Shown here: positions 49,069-61,603 of the stretch, piece after piece
Position numbering within the stretch: the first letter of the stretch is position 1
Layout: every line of letters starts with the position of its first letter
Source: Pseudogymnoascus verrucosus
Taxonomy: Eukaryota
Length of the DNA stretch: 64,000 nucleotides
Reading direction: 5' to 3' (one strand)
Assembly: GCA_001662655.1 (NCBI GenBank)
Contig: KV460217.1
Notes under the pieces: generated by a model
What the model was told of the DNA's origin: nothing
What the model saw: the letters and a program-made list of their open reading frames with translations, nothing else
The model's database searches: none
Made by a program: the position numbers and the translations under genes

Positions 49069-51914
49069 TAATGCGGTGATGTGGAGAGTGGGGAGGAGGT
49101 GGGGATCATAGACTGGGGAGTGAATTGTAATACAAGTGAAATATTGAGCGTGGCGCTGTTTATGTTCTCTGGATATGATTTACTGCGGGTGAGATGACAT
49201 CGGGAACTGGGAAGAAACATGGCTCAGCGTCAAAATATACTGAACTCCAATCTCCCCAGTTGGATTTCTATAAAAAGCTCCCCCGGCGATCTCAGTATCC
49301 GATAGTGAGGCTATCATACCCCGATTCCTGGAGAAGAGAAGAAATGACTCTTGGGGGGTTTCTGCCCTTGTTTGGTGGTTTTGGCCATGGGGGAAGATGG
49401 TGGGATGGGGAGCAAAGGTGGTGTTATGATAGCTATCTGACAAGACGAAGTAAATAGTGAGGGAAGAGGAAGGAGTCACCACAATTCTGCCTCTAAAGGA
49501 ATGAAATATTCACAGCATAACACGCACAGCATATAGGGGCTGTGAGACCACTGGCAAAAGGAAAGTCTCCAGATAGTTAAGCATAGGCGCACATGTAGCT
49601 GGACAGAGGTGGAGAGCTGGTGAACGGCTAGTGCTTGAAAGTGTGGAGTTCGGTATTGGATATCTGGTGTCCGACAAAAAGGGAGTTTCTTCCTGTCATC
49701 ACTGATCATTCTCACTGCAATCTTTTCCCACCACCGTCACTTCTCACTGCCTTGCTGTAGCACTGTCTCTCAGCGTTGTCACCGCCAGGCCCCAACTTCG
49801 CCCGTCTGAACACATGAAGCACCAACTAATATCCCTAGTAAGATCCGCAATCATTGGAATCAATGGCGCGAGGATATTTTCTATGACCCAATTGTGTATC
49901 GTAATTGCCGCTTGGTGGCTATCACCCATCGCTGGTGGTTTATAAGTAAACCCTGTTTGCTCGGAGTGGCGAGTCTGGGAATGAGCTAGAGCGTACATTA
50001 GCAGTATTCAAATCCCATACCTGCAGAAACTGATCGTCGACCCGGAGAGAAAAAGAACATGGTGATCGCCTCTAGGAATAAGGGATGGTGTTGAAGGATG
50101 GTGTGGTGGGCAGCAGGTTGGGTTTAGGAGGTGGTGGATATAAAAAGAGCAGGCGAGGTGATGAAAAAGAGGACAAACCCAGAAATTTGAACACAACACA
50201 CAAATATGCTATGTCGGGGTTGAAGGGCAACGATAGAGAGGAAGTAGGTTGCTCGACGGCGGATTCAAGTATGAGGTTCATAACAAATTGAGATCCTACC
50301 TCATGTTGCTGAGTATTCACGCCGCTGTCGCCATTTCTCACCAGTCATCTTCTCGCTGTCACACAGCACCTCTTATCTCAACATCGCCACTGTCCACTCG
50401 TATTTCAAGGGAGTTGCTGTGGGAGGTTAAATTGCAGGTGGGTAACAAAGCACGCACGTAATGGAGAGAGCTATAGATAGAGTAAAGGTTGGAATATAAT
50501 AAAGGGGCAGGCGGAAAGAAAACAAATACACAGGAACTACCGAATTGGACAAGATGGAGGAGGTGTGGGTGGAGAGTGGAAGAAGGTGCCGGTAATAACG
50601 ATTAAGGCCAAGGGTTCGAGTTTGTTATTTGAAATCCGTCACCATTCCATTGTTATCGTCTTCTCGCCGCCACTGTTGTATTCTCAGCACCGATATATTC
50701 TCACCGTCGTGGTGCACTCCTGTTGCGTTTTTGTCACCACCATGGTTCTAATAAGCCCGCGTGCACCAGCCATCCCTTGGTTATGCTCTTACTCGTGGTA
50801 AACTCCATCTTGATCTCTCGTCGTACGCCAGCGATCACTTCCCCTATCCAATCTATCTTTTGGCTTACGTACGGAAATGAACTTTTTCGCCTTTGCTACT
50901 GAGCTATATATGAACATATTACCCATAATAAGTAGCGCAGCTCGACGTCCAACTGCAGAGCTCAGGGGATGTGAGAGTATCCCCCACACCCCCAGCGAAG
51001 AGCTCGGTGGGTTGCCGCGGTTGCCTTTCGGGGAGATAGTGTGGGAGACCGAGTTGGAGTTGTGAAACAAGGCGGGGGGGAGCTATAAAATGAGTGGCCG
51101 TGCGGACAGAGGAAAGGATATGGTAGATAAGATCTCTGCGAGAGATGGAAGCGACGTGGGGAGCGATGATCGTATCCCATTAACAACGCTCGAGTTGCGA
51201 CATATCATAAGGCTAACTGATCAATGTCATTGTGGAATAGACGTTTCGAGGACTGAAGGAATACGGAAATTCGGAGAGGAAGGTGATAAATGAGATTAGC
51301 TGTCCAAAATTGGTGGTAAATCATGAAAGGGGCTTACGTGAACAATGGGAGCAGAGTCTTGTCACCGTCGTCGCATTCTTACCGCCGCCATATCACCGCG
51401 CTACACTGCCGTCACTCAGTGCTGTCACTATCGTCGTGCAGATAATAGCAACTGACGGTCTAATTACCCTCGCATCCGTCCTGATCACTGCCTCACAATA
51501 CCCCAACCTACATCTGACAACTGTTGTTCATTTTTGTTTCCTTACACGAAATTGATTTATTCGACAAAGCTAGTACTTTATATGGGATAGGTTTGCCCGT
51601 TGCATACGAGCGGCACCATTGTAAATCCCGTTGTAGGGGTGTGTATTCTCGGTTTTGCTATCTGGGCTTGGTTTTCACAAGACGGAAGAATGCAAATCAC
51701 TGTTAGGGGAATAAGTAGATGACAAGATATCAGGATTCCCGTATTAATCAGGACGTCCAAGCGGTCCTCCGCGACTATCTACGACCGCATCATCTCAATC
51801 CTCCACAGCACCACAACGAACAGCACCAGAACGACGAAAACATCGAAATCCACGTAACCTCCCAGCCACAAACAATCCAGCCACCTCCCTTCTCTAGCCT
51901 CTCCTCAAACACAC

Positions 51915-52829
51915 TTACTCACCCCCATCATCTCCACCGCCGCCATCCTCATACCCCTGATCATACTGCTCCTGGTCATGGTCCTGCATCGCATCGGCAA
52001 TCAGCATCCCTCCGATCAACCCTCCTCCCAACCCTAACGCCGCACCACCCGCCATCCCCATACCACCACCACCTCCCTGCCTCCGCTGTTGCTGCTGTTG
52101 CGGATACCCGCCGTACCCGCCGCCGCCATACATAGGCTGCTGGCCATACATCGGCTGCTGTCCATACCCCATCGGCTGCTGTCCATAGCCCTGAGGCGGA
52201 TATCCCATCTGCTGCTGCTGTCCGTAGCCCTGCTGGGGGTACATCTGCTGCTGCCCGTACCCTTGCTGTTGCTGGGGGTACCCGTGGCTGCCTCCACCGC
52301 TGGTCTTGGAGCTCGCGGCGCTCATCAGCTTGCCGAGGAATCCGCCCTTCTTCTTCTCTCCGCGCGCCTGCTCCTCTGGGAACGGGCTGCCGGTGTTGCT
52401 GGGGTATCCGCCGCCGGGTGGGCCACCGCCGTAGTTCGGGTTCTGGTGGCCGCGGGTGCGCTGGTCCTCCTCAGCTTGGAGCTGGGCGGCCAAACGGGCG
52501 TCTTCGTCGACGGTGCTTTTGGTCGCGTCGGGGGTGTCGTAGGGGTTCACCTTCGCGTCGGAGGTGGGTTGGGTGGCGCCGCCGTAGGAGGGGGGTGCGC
52601 CGATGGGGGGCGCGGAGGAGTCGGGGGGGTATACGGGGGCGGTGGGCTTGTCCCATTGGGATTTCTTGGTGTAGATGTTTACGTAGAACCTGTGGGGGGG
52701 TTAGTGATGTTCGTCTAGGGAGATCCGGAATGCGACGCACCATTCTTTATATTGGTCGTTCCATTGGGCTTTCCATCCCTCTGGCACTTTGGGGGGTGGT
52801 GGCCCTGGTGGCGCTTCGAAATCCGCCAT
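51915..52829 (-). CDS. WWM1: WW-domain, Gly/Gln/Tyr-rich protein (Wwm1-like)
   Basis: PEGWKAQWNDQYKEW|FYVNIYTKKSQWDKP across intron 52690-52740; DARLAAQLQAEE; GYGQQP repeats; GGAALGLGGGLIGGMLIAD. Confidence 0.85.
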
Positions 52830-53493
52830 CTTCACTCTTTGTTGGTTGTCTGGTTGTTGTCTACCCCACACTCGTATCTCGGGGTCTTCGGGTGCTCGTA
52901 GTGCGATCAAAGATCAAAGAGCGGTGTAGTTTGTAGGACAAAAGATCGAGATGGATAACTAAACGTCGTCCAGAGATAGATATTTAGAGTCCCAAGTCGG
53001 CGTTGATGACAGATCCTGTTATATTAGTCTGCTCGGCGCGGAGTGTCACAGGTTAAGCTAGCACCTCATGCCAAGATGGAAGTTACGCAACCCCGCTGTG
53101 GGTGTGGCGATGCGGGGTCTGAATAACCGCTGCGCCACACTTTGAAACGTCAGTCGCCATAATTTGACCCAGAAATCCGATGTTGCCTTCAGGCACAGCA
53201 TACAGGTACGAATATATCAAATTTGAATATCGTTTCTCACGTTAATCTACAAGTAAGCGTGACGCCACCTAAATAGCCTTAAATTGATGTCTCCGGTATG
53301 GAATACTAATTACGGAGTAGGGCTATGGCTATAGCTTCAACATAATCTACTACGGCGAACTCTTCGCCATCTCGGTGAGGTTCTGCCGTCTATGTATAGT
53401 TTCAGCTATATTCTTTGGCACTGCCTTGTTCGCGGGTGCCTAGTAGCACTTCTGTGTTGTACAGGACTGTGGATTCCGTCTCATAGGAATTAT

Positions 53494-54739
53494 TCACTGT
53501 GTCCGTGAGATGGATACGTCCACTCTCTTGTGAATGTCCCGGTCCTCCCCCCAAATGAGCTCTTGACTGTCGTTGTCTTGGCCTAGGTTAGCCGCTACTT
53601 TGGTGGTAGATGACTGTGTGTTTAACTTGGATTGTTTGATATATCCAAGCTCCTGAGACTTATAGTTCGACTCTCTGGTATATTGGTCGCTGCTTCCAAG
53701 CCCGGTAATGTTCATCTTCCTGAGCAGTGGACGCAACGTGGCGATCGATCCTGCTACCATGCCAATTCCAACTTCGATAATCGTCCACATTTGGGTAATG
53801 CAAATCGCGACTGGCTGGGGTTAGCATTCGATATGACAATTAACAGCGAGCAAAGAGGGAGCTTACACAATACATCGGCCTCGTCAGTGAGAGCAATTAG
53901 GTATTTGAGGCGAACAATAGTTGCAACACTTGCACTAAGTTCTGTTAGCAAAGCAGCAGGAATGATGTGACGAGAGTGAGATTACAAGATGCCGAAACTG
54001 AGGACAATGCAAATCGAGAATTTCAACTTCCAGGTCATCTGAATGTTCCATAGCATTGCCACTGGCAAGAACGCATACAGAAAATCGGAACCAATATCCA
54101 ATGCCGAGAAGGCATATCCGAGTCTTGTGATAGATATGGCCGCCATGCAGGTTCCAGTCCCAGAGGCAGGATTCCATGCCAGACTAAGTGGGCGGCACTG
54201 GAAGGCTACGATCAGAAAGGTGACCGTGGTCCACAGAGCTAGAATGTAAATAGAGGCGTGAAGTATGTATCGATGAATAGGCACAACAGCAAGGCGAAGT
54301 AGGAGCAATCCGACGCTGATCTTTATAAATCCAGAATCGATGATGTATATTAATTCTCCAATAATCAAGTACTAAAAGCTGTCTGTTAGCTCAAGTCATT
54401 ATCCGTTGCCAGGAGGTAACACAACACACCTTTGCAGCATTAATTTGCTGGTATGACTCCAGATCAAGTGCGTGTTTACCAAGTCCATAATGAATCGAGA
54501 CAACAAGTACAGCGACGAGAGACGCAAAGAGACCCTAACGCACAAATATTAGCAAGGAATCCATAGACAACATATCGAACCAGCGCAGAGCCACTCACAT
54601 AGCCAATAACCATAAACCAGTCATCAACACCAAAAGACTTCGCTATTGCCAAGCGCACATAACATCGTAGTCCCACTGTCACAGTGGTGAGGCCGAGAAA
54701 CGTCCATAATACTACCAGCAATTTGACTTCTTGCTCCAT
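53494..54739 (-). CDS. PTH11/SAT4-like integral membrane protein without CFEM
   Basis: LRCYVR..FGVDDW, IKISVGLLLLRL, FQCRPLSLAWNP, DFLYAFLPVAMLWNIQM..K, WTIIEVGIGMVAGSIATLRPLL. Four introns. Confidence 0.88.
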
Positions 54740-55791
54740 GCTGAATTTAACTATCAAGGAGTCGCGTTTTCGTTTTCCGGTTCCACTGGGGACGGAGCAT
54801 TGATATGTGGCTAAGAAAAAACTAATCCATGTCTCTCCTGAGAAAATACCGAGAGCGGCGTATTTTAAGACAATAAATTATTATCACCTGCCGGCAGGCA
54901 TTACAAGGTTTGTTGACGTCCTGGTAACATATTCCGGAGACACGAAACTTTAGTATTGTACGCGGACAACTCGGGTATAAAATAGGAGTAGCACGAACCC
55001 TACCACCTTCACCAATGCGGTAGTGATCTCGGTACCGGTGAAGAATCAGAGTCTCACTGGCGGCTCCAGGTAGTGAAGCCACGTGCAAGGGACGGGCCAT
55101 GACAAAGGCACCCGCAATGAGGCGTTGTATTTTACCACTGAACTTGTATATAAAAGTACATAGGATTATAATGCTGTATATAAATACGACGCTGCTATAG
55201 CTTTCTCCACCATCAACTCTTCTTGCCCGTCCAATATAAGGCATTGCATTTCTCAGTGGAGTTGTCCACGTACCCTTTTTGAAAGGCGGCTGGGTCCAAG
55301 TCCCCGGCCGCTAGGGTCCGCTCCGCGAAACCCACGCGGGACACTACCCCAGTGGGCCCGGAGGAACTAGCTAAGCAATAGTAGCCGTTTCACCCTATGA
55401 TCAACAGAAAAATCACCATATGAGTGTATCGCTGTAGCGGCATAAATGTGACAGCCCTTGCGGCACAGGGGTGTCCATACCTGTCGTCTCTTAAAGCAAG
55501 CACGCACGCGCATCGCTATTTTAGTAGTCCAAACATGGAGGAAAATAAATGCAGTTGTTTGGAGGTAAAACTTTCGAAATGGATCTATACCCTGTCCCAT
55601 ACCTTGCTATTTGAAGCTCTTTTAGGGCTTCGTCGGAATATCGCCGGATGCGATCCTACTCCGGCTAATGACATTTTGGGAGGATTGGGACCTCTCCCAT
55701 TCGTCCCCATATTGCGTGAGTTCCCATTTATGTATTCAATATTTCTTCTGGGGGCTTGCAGTATTTTGCGTCTGTAAGACTGTCTCAAACG

Positions 55792-57489
55792 ATGGCTTTT
55801 GCAAACTCCATCTCCGGGGCTATTCTCGCCGTTCCGGCCACAATAGGCACACTTGCTTCGCTTCTCCTTCTTGTATGTTGGCCTTGAACCACGGCCAAGT
55901 GCCAAGATGTCAATACTGAAGATCATCTCTAGGCGATCTTGATCAGTTGTGGATATATACTGTATAATGTTTACCTTCACCCCCTCTCGAAGTATCCAGG
56001 ACCATTTTGGTCCGCCGCGACTCACATCCCTCGAGTTCGAGTCCTTCTCTCCGGGCAACTCTCCTACCACGTCCTCGAACTCCATGATAAATACGGCGAC
56101 GTAGTGCGCATAGGTCCCAACGAGCTATCCTACAACAATGCCAACGCATGGAAGGATATCTACGGCTTCAAACAGGGCCATGCGCAGCTTCCAAAGGATC
56201 CCAACTTCTACACGGCGCCTCCTGGTGGGGCTCATAGCATCATCACGACAGATGTTGCCGGCCATTCTCGAATGCGTCGCCTCGTCGCCCACGCCTTCTC
56301 CGAAAAGGCGCTTCGGGAACAAGAGCCGCTGATGAAGGGATACATGGATTTGTTTATTCAACGGCTACGGGAAAACTGCGACGATGGAAAGAACAAGTTG
56401 GATATCGTGTCTTGGTACAACTGGACCACTTTTGATATCATTGGCGATCTCATGTTTGGAGAGCCCTTTGACTGCCTTGAGAACGTAAGCTATCACCCGT
56501 GGGTAAGCATTCTATTCGATAGCATCAAAGCCGCCACGATCTTCAGCACCACCTCGTTGTTTCCCGGAGCACAGACAGTCATCATGGCGCTTGCACCAAA
56601 GAAGCTTATCGAGACAAGAGACTATCATCAAAACCTAGTTGTCGAGAAGGTGAAGACGAGGCTTGAGCGGGTGACTGACCGATCCGACTTTATGACTTAT
56701 ATCCTGAGGCATAACGACGAAAGGGGGATGTCCATACCGGAAATTGAAGCCACCGCAAATGCCATCATGATTGCTGGGTCTGAAACTACGGCTACGCTAT
56801 TGTCAGGAGTGACATACCATCTTCTGAAGAATCCCGAAACTTTGAAGAAGCTTGTTGGTGAGATCAGAGGCGCATTTGCGACAGAAGAAGAGATCACTCT
56901 CATCGGTGTCGGAAAGCTGAAATACCTACTTGCAGTCCTGGACGAGGGGCTGCGTATGTATCCTCCGGTACCAGTAGGCCTGCCTCGTAACATACCAGCA
57001 GAAGGAGCTGTTATAAACGGTAAATATGTTCCTCCAAAGGTAAGCATCCTCTCTATTTCCCCATCTCCAAGGAAAATAACTAAATAAAACAGACATTGGT
57101 ATCAGTGAATCAATGGGCCTCCTACCACACCGAAAAGAATTTCCGCGAGCCGAACTCCTTTATTCCAGAGCGCTGGCTAGGGGACTCACGCTTTGCATCC
57201 GACGCGAAGGACGTACTACAACCTTTCTCTGTCGGGCCAAGAAACTGCATTGGTAAAAGGTATAAACTACACCTGTCATCTGGGCATTTTTTTCTATCAA
57301 CTACCATCGACACGTTAGCTAACTTCACATGATAGCCTGGCCTACGCTGAGATGCGCTTAATTCTCGTACGACTGTTGTGGAACTTTGACCTGCAGCTCG
57401 TACCGGACTCCAAGAGTTGGGAGGGCCAAGAAATGTATATCCTGTGGCAGAAGGATCCTCTATATATTACTCTCACCCCGAGGAAATGA
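55792..57489 (+). CDS. Cytochrome P450 (CYP65/Tri11-like)
   Basis: YLHPLSKYPGP, AGSETTAT, EGLRMYPP, PERW, FSVGPRNCIG. Introns 55873-55946, 57040-57092 and ~57260-57335. Confidence 0.93.
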
Positions 57490-57765
57490 TGTAAGTACAG
57501 GATATAGGATCTCACATATATTTAAATATAACGGCCTTCTTGTACTGTACACAACACGCGCATAATCCCAGGTGCAATAATCAATATTCAGTCAAGCTAT
57601 GCCAATCTTCCCCTCCCAACTCCATTCTATCTCCAAACGAAAATGCCATATGCGTGGCGTCTTCTACGCCAGACTCCAGACTTCAATATACAACTCCCTC
57701 ACCCACCATGCACACGACACCTAAACCCTCCCCACAATACAAAAAAGGCCAGGTCAGGCCACCCT

Positions 57766-60104
57766 TTACTCCCTCTCCTCCTCCCTCCCATCCCCAAACA
57801 ACCACCCAGCCTCAAGACAATACCTCCCCCCCCCAACCGTCCCCCTCTCAATCCCCCAACACACAACCGCCCCATCCACAATCCCCGCCAACACCCCCTC
57901 CATCGCCCCAAGCACGCCCCACCCAATAAACCCCGCTACCATCCCAACCACATAAGCGTACACGCTCCCCCGAACCCCCTTGCTCCCTGCAACCTCCAGC
58001 TGCTGCGCCGTAGCGACCCAGCCGCCGAATCCGAGGGATACAGCCATAATACAGCGCGTCGCGTGCAGCAGCAGCTTCGCGAGCCTATACGGCAACAGCG
58101 GCGCGTTCCCTTGGTTCCTGGCTCCGAACGAGCGTGGCGCTAAGGTGCTTGTCGGGCCCTGGAGACCGAGATATGTCATGTGGCTCAAGGCACGCGCGGA
58201 TGGTGCGAGAGGCTGTGACTGGATGCCCGCGTAGGTGAGGGTGAGCGGGTTCGTGAGGGAGGCAACGGGGGATGGAATGAGGTTATACGCGAATAGAGAA
58301 GCGCATGCGAGGAGGCGACGTGGGAGGAGTAGGACCGGCAGGCGGATAGCGAGCGCGAGGAGGGTAGCTAGGCAGATAGTGCCGAATTGGGTGGTTGAAG
58401 CGTGAGTCAGGCCAGCGAGGACGATGTCGCGCGAGGACGGGGCGGGCGCGGCGTTGCGGTGGAAGTACCACTGGCTTACTGTGGCGGCTGTGGCGACGCG
58501 TTGGAGGCCGCTGAGGACGGAGAGCGTCCAGAGGTACATGAGGACGAAGAAGGCGCCGAGCCACCAGGTGGCGAAGTCGATGATGAAGATGGAGGAAACG
58601 AGGTGGCCGCCGAGGAAGACGCGGGTGAACATGGCCAGCCAAAGCCAGGTCCAGAGGATTACGGAGGCGAGAGTCGCGAAGCCGAGGGTGAGGAGCGCGG
58701 AGTTGGCGGCGAGGATGCGCGACGAGAATTCGAGGATTCCGACAGCTTTGTGGAGGGAGTGTCGGCCTTGAAAGACGGTGTAGCTCCAGATTATGGCGGT
58801 GAGGAGGGGGACAAAGGAGAGCCAGCGCATGGCGCGGTCTTGGATTGAGGTCCCGTGCTCGACGCCTTTGTAGGAGGAGATCAGCGGGTAGAGAGAGAAT
58901 GAGAAGAGGATCACAGGAACTGCGACAACGAGGATGTAGACTAGGGGCCGTACGAAGGACCTGAGGAGTGCTAGCCAAAGCAGTGAGATGATAACCGCAA
59001 CGACCGTGTCGACTGCCAATAGGTGAGATGACGCCCGAAGTGCCGTGTATATAGTATCGCCAAGCGGAACCTTCGAACTCGGCGTCGACGTGTGCAAGAA
59101 CACGAGGAAGAAGGTTGAGAAGAGCGCCGCAAGTCCGATGAGATAGAGTGATCCCCAGAATATATCGTGTTTTGGCAATTCACCCATTGCCATCGGTCCC
59201 ATCGTCGCAGGAACCGTTGACACAACACTGGGAGGCCTCGTGCTATCCATCATAGCAGCCTCCAAATCCCTATTCCCGTGAAAGATCTTCGAATCCGGCA
59301 TCCTCCCCGGGCCGCTCTCAGGCGTTCGAAACTGCTGGAATGCCGGAGGAGAGTCATCAGCGGCTTCATAAGTAAGGTCATCCGGCGGCACATTATCGTC
59401 AATAGCTGATTCCAGCCCAATATCCACCATGCGTCCCCTCTCATTGCTGCTTGCATCGCTATTCGTCCTCCTCTGGCTTTCCTCATAACGTATTCCCTCC
59501 GGCACCTCCCTGAGCGTCTCCGGTTCTTGCCCCCGCTCTCTTACGCTCCCTCTTCCTCCATGCCAACTACTCTTGATCCCCCTACCTCTTCCCCCGCCCC
59601 TCTCCTCCTCCCTACTCAACTCCACCGTACTCCCACCCTCCCGTTCCGTCTCCTCACTCTCCTCCATCCTCGCACCCACCACTCTCCTGGACCTCTGCAG
59701 CGCATAAAAGTCCGCTAAATCCCTCTCCCTCTCCTCCTCATCATCCTCTTCCCTGAACTCATCCAGCGCACTATGAAACAGCGGCGCATCGGGCGCCGCC
59801 GACAGTCGTGATGCAAATGGGAACCCGCTCAGCTGTCCCCCACCACCGCCCTGATATGGATTCCCCAGCGCTGAGCGCCCGGCGTATGCACGACCTGTGC
59901 TGGCGAGAGGGCGCGAGGAGCGACGTGAACGAGATGGGGCGACAGAACCAGCGTCGCTTTCCGGGGGTTGAACGAAGCTGGAAATTCGGGACTGAGACTG
60001 AGCGAGGAAACGGGAGGCATCTGCGGGAGGTAGAGTTAGGAGCATGTTCGTGGCGAGGATAGACAGGGTGGGTTGGTGGCAGGCAACTTACATTCCGAGA
60101 ACAT
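57766..60104 (-). CDS. Choline transporter-like (CTL/SLC44) family protein
   Basis: Micro-exon MFSE plus intron 60021-60091; long disordered N-terminus; ~10 TMs with QRVATAATVSQWYFH and STTQFGTICL. Confidence 0.85.
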
Positions 60105-60783
60105 CTTGGAGGTGTGTGTTTGTTGTAACGGTTGTTGGGTATTGACGACGATGGCCGCTTCAGGTCAGCCTCTTGCTGCCTGGTCTGTTATCGTTGGGGC
60201 CACTGGGTCCGGGGCGTGGATGATATCGTCAACCTGGTGAAGTGATGATCCGTTTGCCTGATCTGACAAAGGCGGCGATTACCACGCCGGGTTTCGGGTC
60301 TTGAGGCCTCAACGAGGGCAAATAACACAGCAAGAAAGAAATAATCAATATATATGCTTCTTCTCGTCTGAGAAAGAACAGCGGGTATAGGCTGTAGAGG
60401 GTTGTAATGTCGGTGGTGTTGGTTCTGTGAGTTGTTTGAAGGTTAGGCGGCCTTGGGTGGTGCTATGATTCCAAGAGCTCACGCACGCACGATAACAGGT
60501 CCGGAGATCGATTTGGTCATTCAGAGGTACGAGGGTACCTGGCTGAGGCGGTGACTGATACGGCGTGGGGGGACAGTTTGGGCGCTAGGCGCTAAGTATA
60601 GCTAGCGCCGGCAATATTTAGCGCCCAATATGGCACATGCCAAATTCAGACCAGCTTGACGACGTTGAGGTTATACAATGCTGCAATCAAAAGATCCAGG
60701 AAGATTTAAATGCAGTATATAAGTACAATATTTAAATCTTCTGGGACCTTTCACTCTCTTATATCACTTGGCTCTTGAAGGCG

Positions 60784-61476
60784 ATGGCGACTTTCCATCC
60801 CTTTCCCCGCCTTGCCCCTGAACTCCGCATCTGCATATGGGGATTCGCTACAGAGGATCGAGTTCTCAGAGTCAGAAAAACATGGAGTGATAAGCAAGGT
60901 TACTGGTCTCCCAATCCAGTACCAGCTGTGACCAGGGCATGTCGGGAATCTTGCGACCATTGCAGCTACCGAAAAGCCTTTATCATTGGCTGGTCTCCAC
61001 GCTACATTTGGGCGAACTTTGATTGCGACGTTGTACAGATGAGAAGTGGACTACTATCAGAAGAAAGTCTCTTGGAAAATGACGAGATTAGGCATTTGAG
61101 GATTGAGCTGGTGAATGAACAGGGCTTAGACGAGTCGGAATCTTTCTACTACTACCACGTTCGCAATCTCCGATATTTCCCCAAGCTAGAGAATTTCAAT
61201 CTCTTGGTGAGTGATGGGCTGTGTCCGTGGACAGACTTTTTTAAAGAGACGTATTGGGGAGCGTGTCCGAGTGGTAATATTCGGATAGTGAATGCGAAGA
61301 CGGGGGAGTGGATTGATGAGGAGACGTGTGGGGTGTACCAGGACTACATTGATACTAATAGAGGGATGCATGATGATTATACAAGGGTGGTTGATGATGA
61401 GGATGAGGATGAGAAGGAGGCGAGGATGGAGGCTGTGAAACGGCTTCAGATTCCCCTGCCACGGATGGCAATATGA
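60784..61476 (+). CDS. 2EXR-domain protein
   Basis: TFHPFPRLAPELRICIW...PAVTRACRES...YIWANFDCDV signature; TATATAA at 60716. Confidence 0.85.
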   Translation: MATFHPFPRLAPELRICIWGFATEDRVLRVRKTWSDKQGYWSPNPVPAVTRACRESCDHCSYRKAFIIGWSPRYIWANFDCDVVQMRSGLLSEESLLENDEIRHLRIELVNEQGLDESESFYYYHVRNLRYFPKLENFNLLVSDGLCPWTDFFKETYWGACPSGNIRIVNAKTGEWIDEETCGVYQDYIDTNRGMHDDYTRVVDDEDEDEKEARMEAVKRLQIPLPRMAI

Positions 61477-61603
61477 CCATATGACAAAATGATAATATTC
61501 ATCCATCCAAGGTTTTTTTCATTGCAAGTTATAATCCGAATATTCATTCCATCCTATTCTAAGAAATCAGGTACCCTCATCACCACCTCTATCTTCACTA
61601 CTA

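Noticed and set aside
49180..51800. Possible hidden or degenerate gene between EMC7 and the WW protein
   Set aside because: Short ORFs on both strands give no coherent exon chain or motif.
51915..52330. GYGQQP repeats as a RiPP precursor or amyloid signalling motif
   Set aside because: No signal peptide or Kex2-flanked cores. This is the usual low-complexity region of Wwm1-like proteins.
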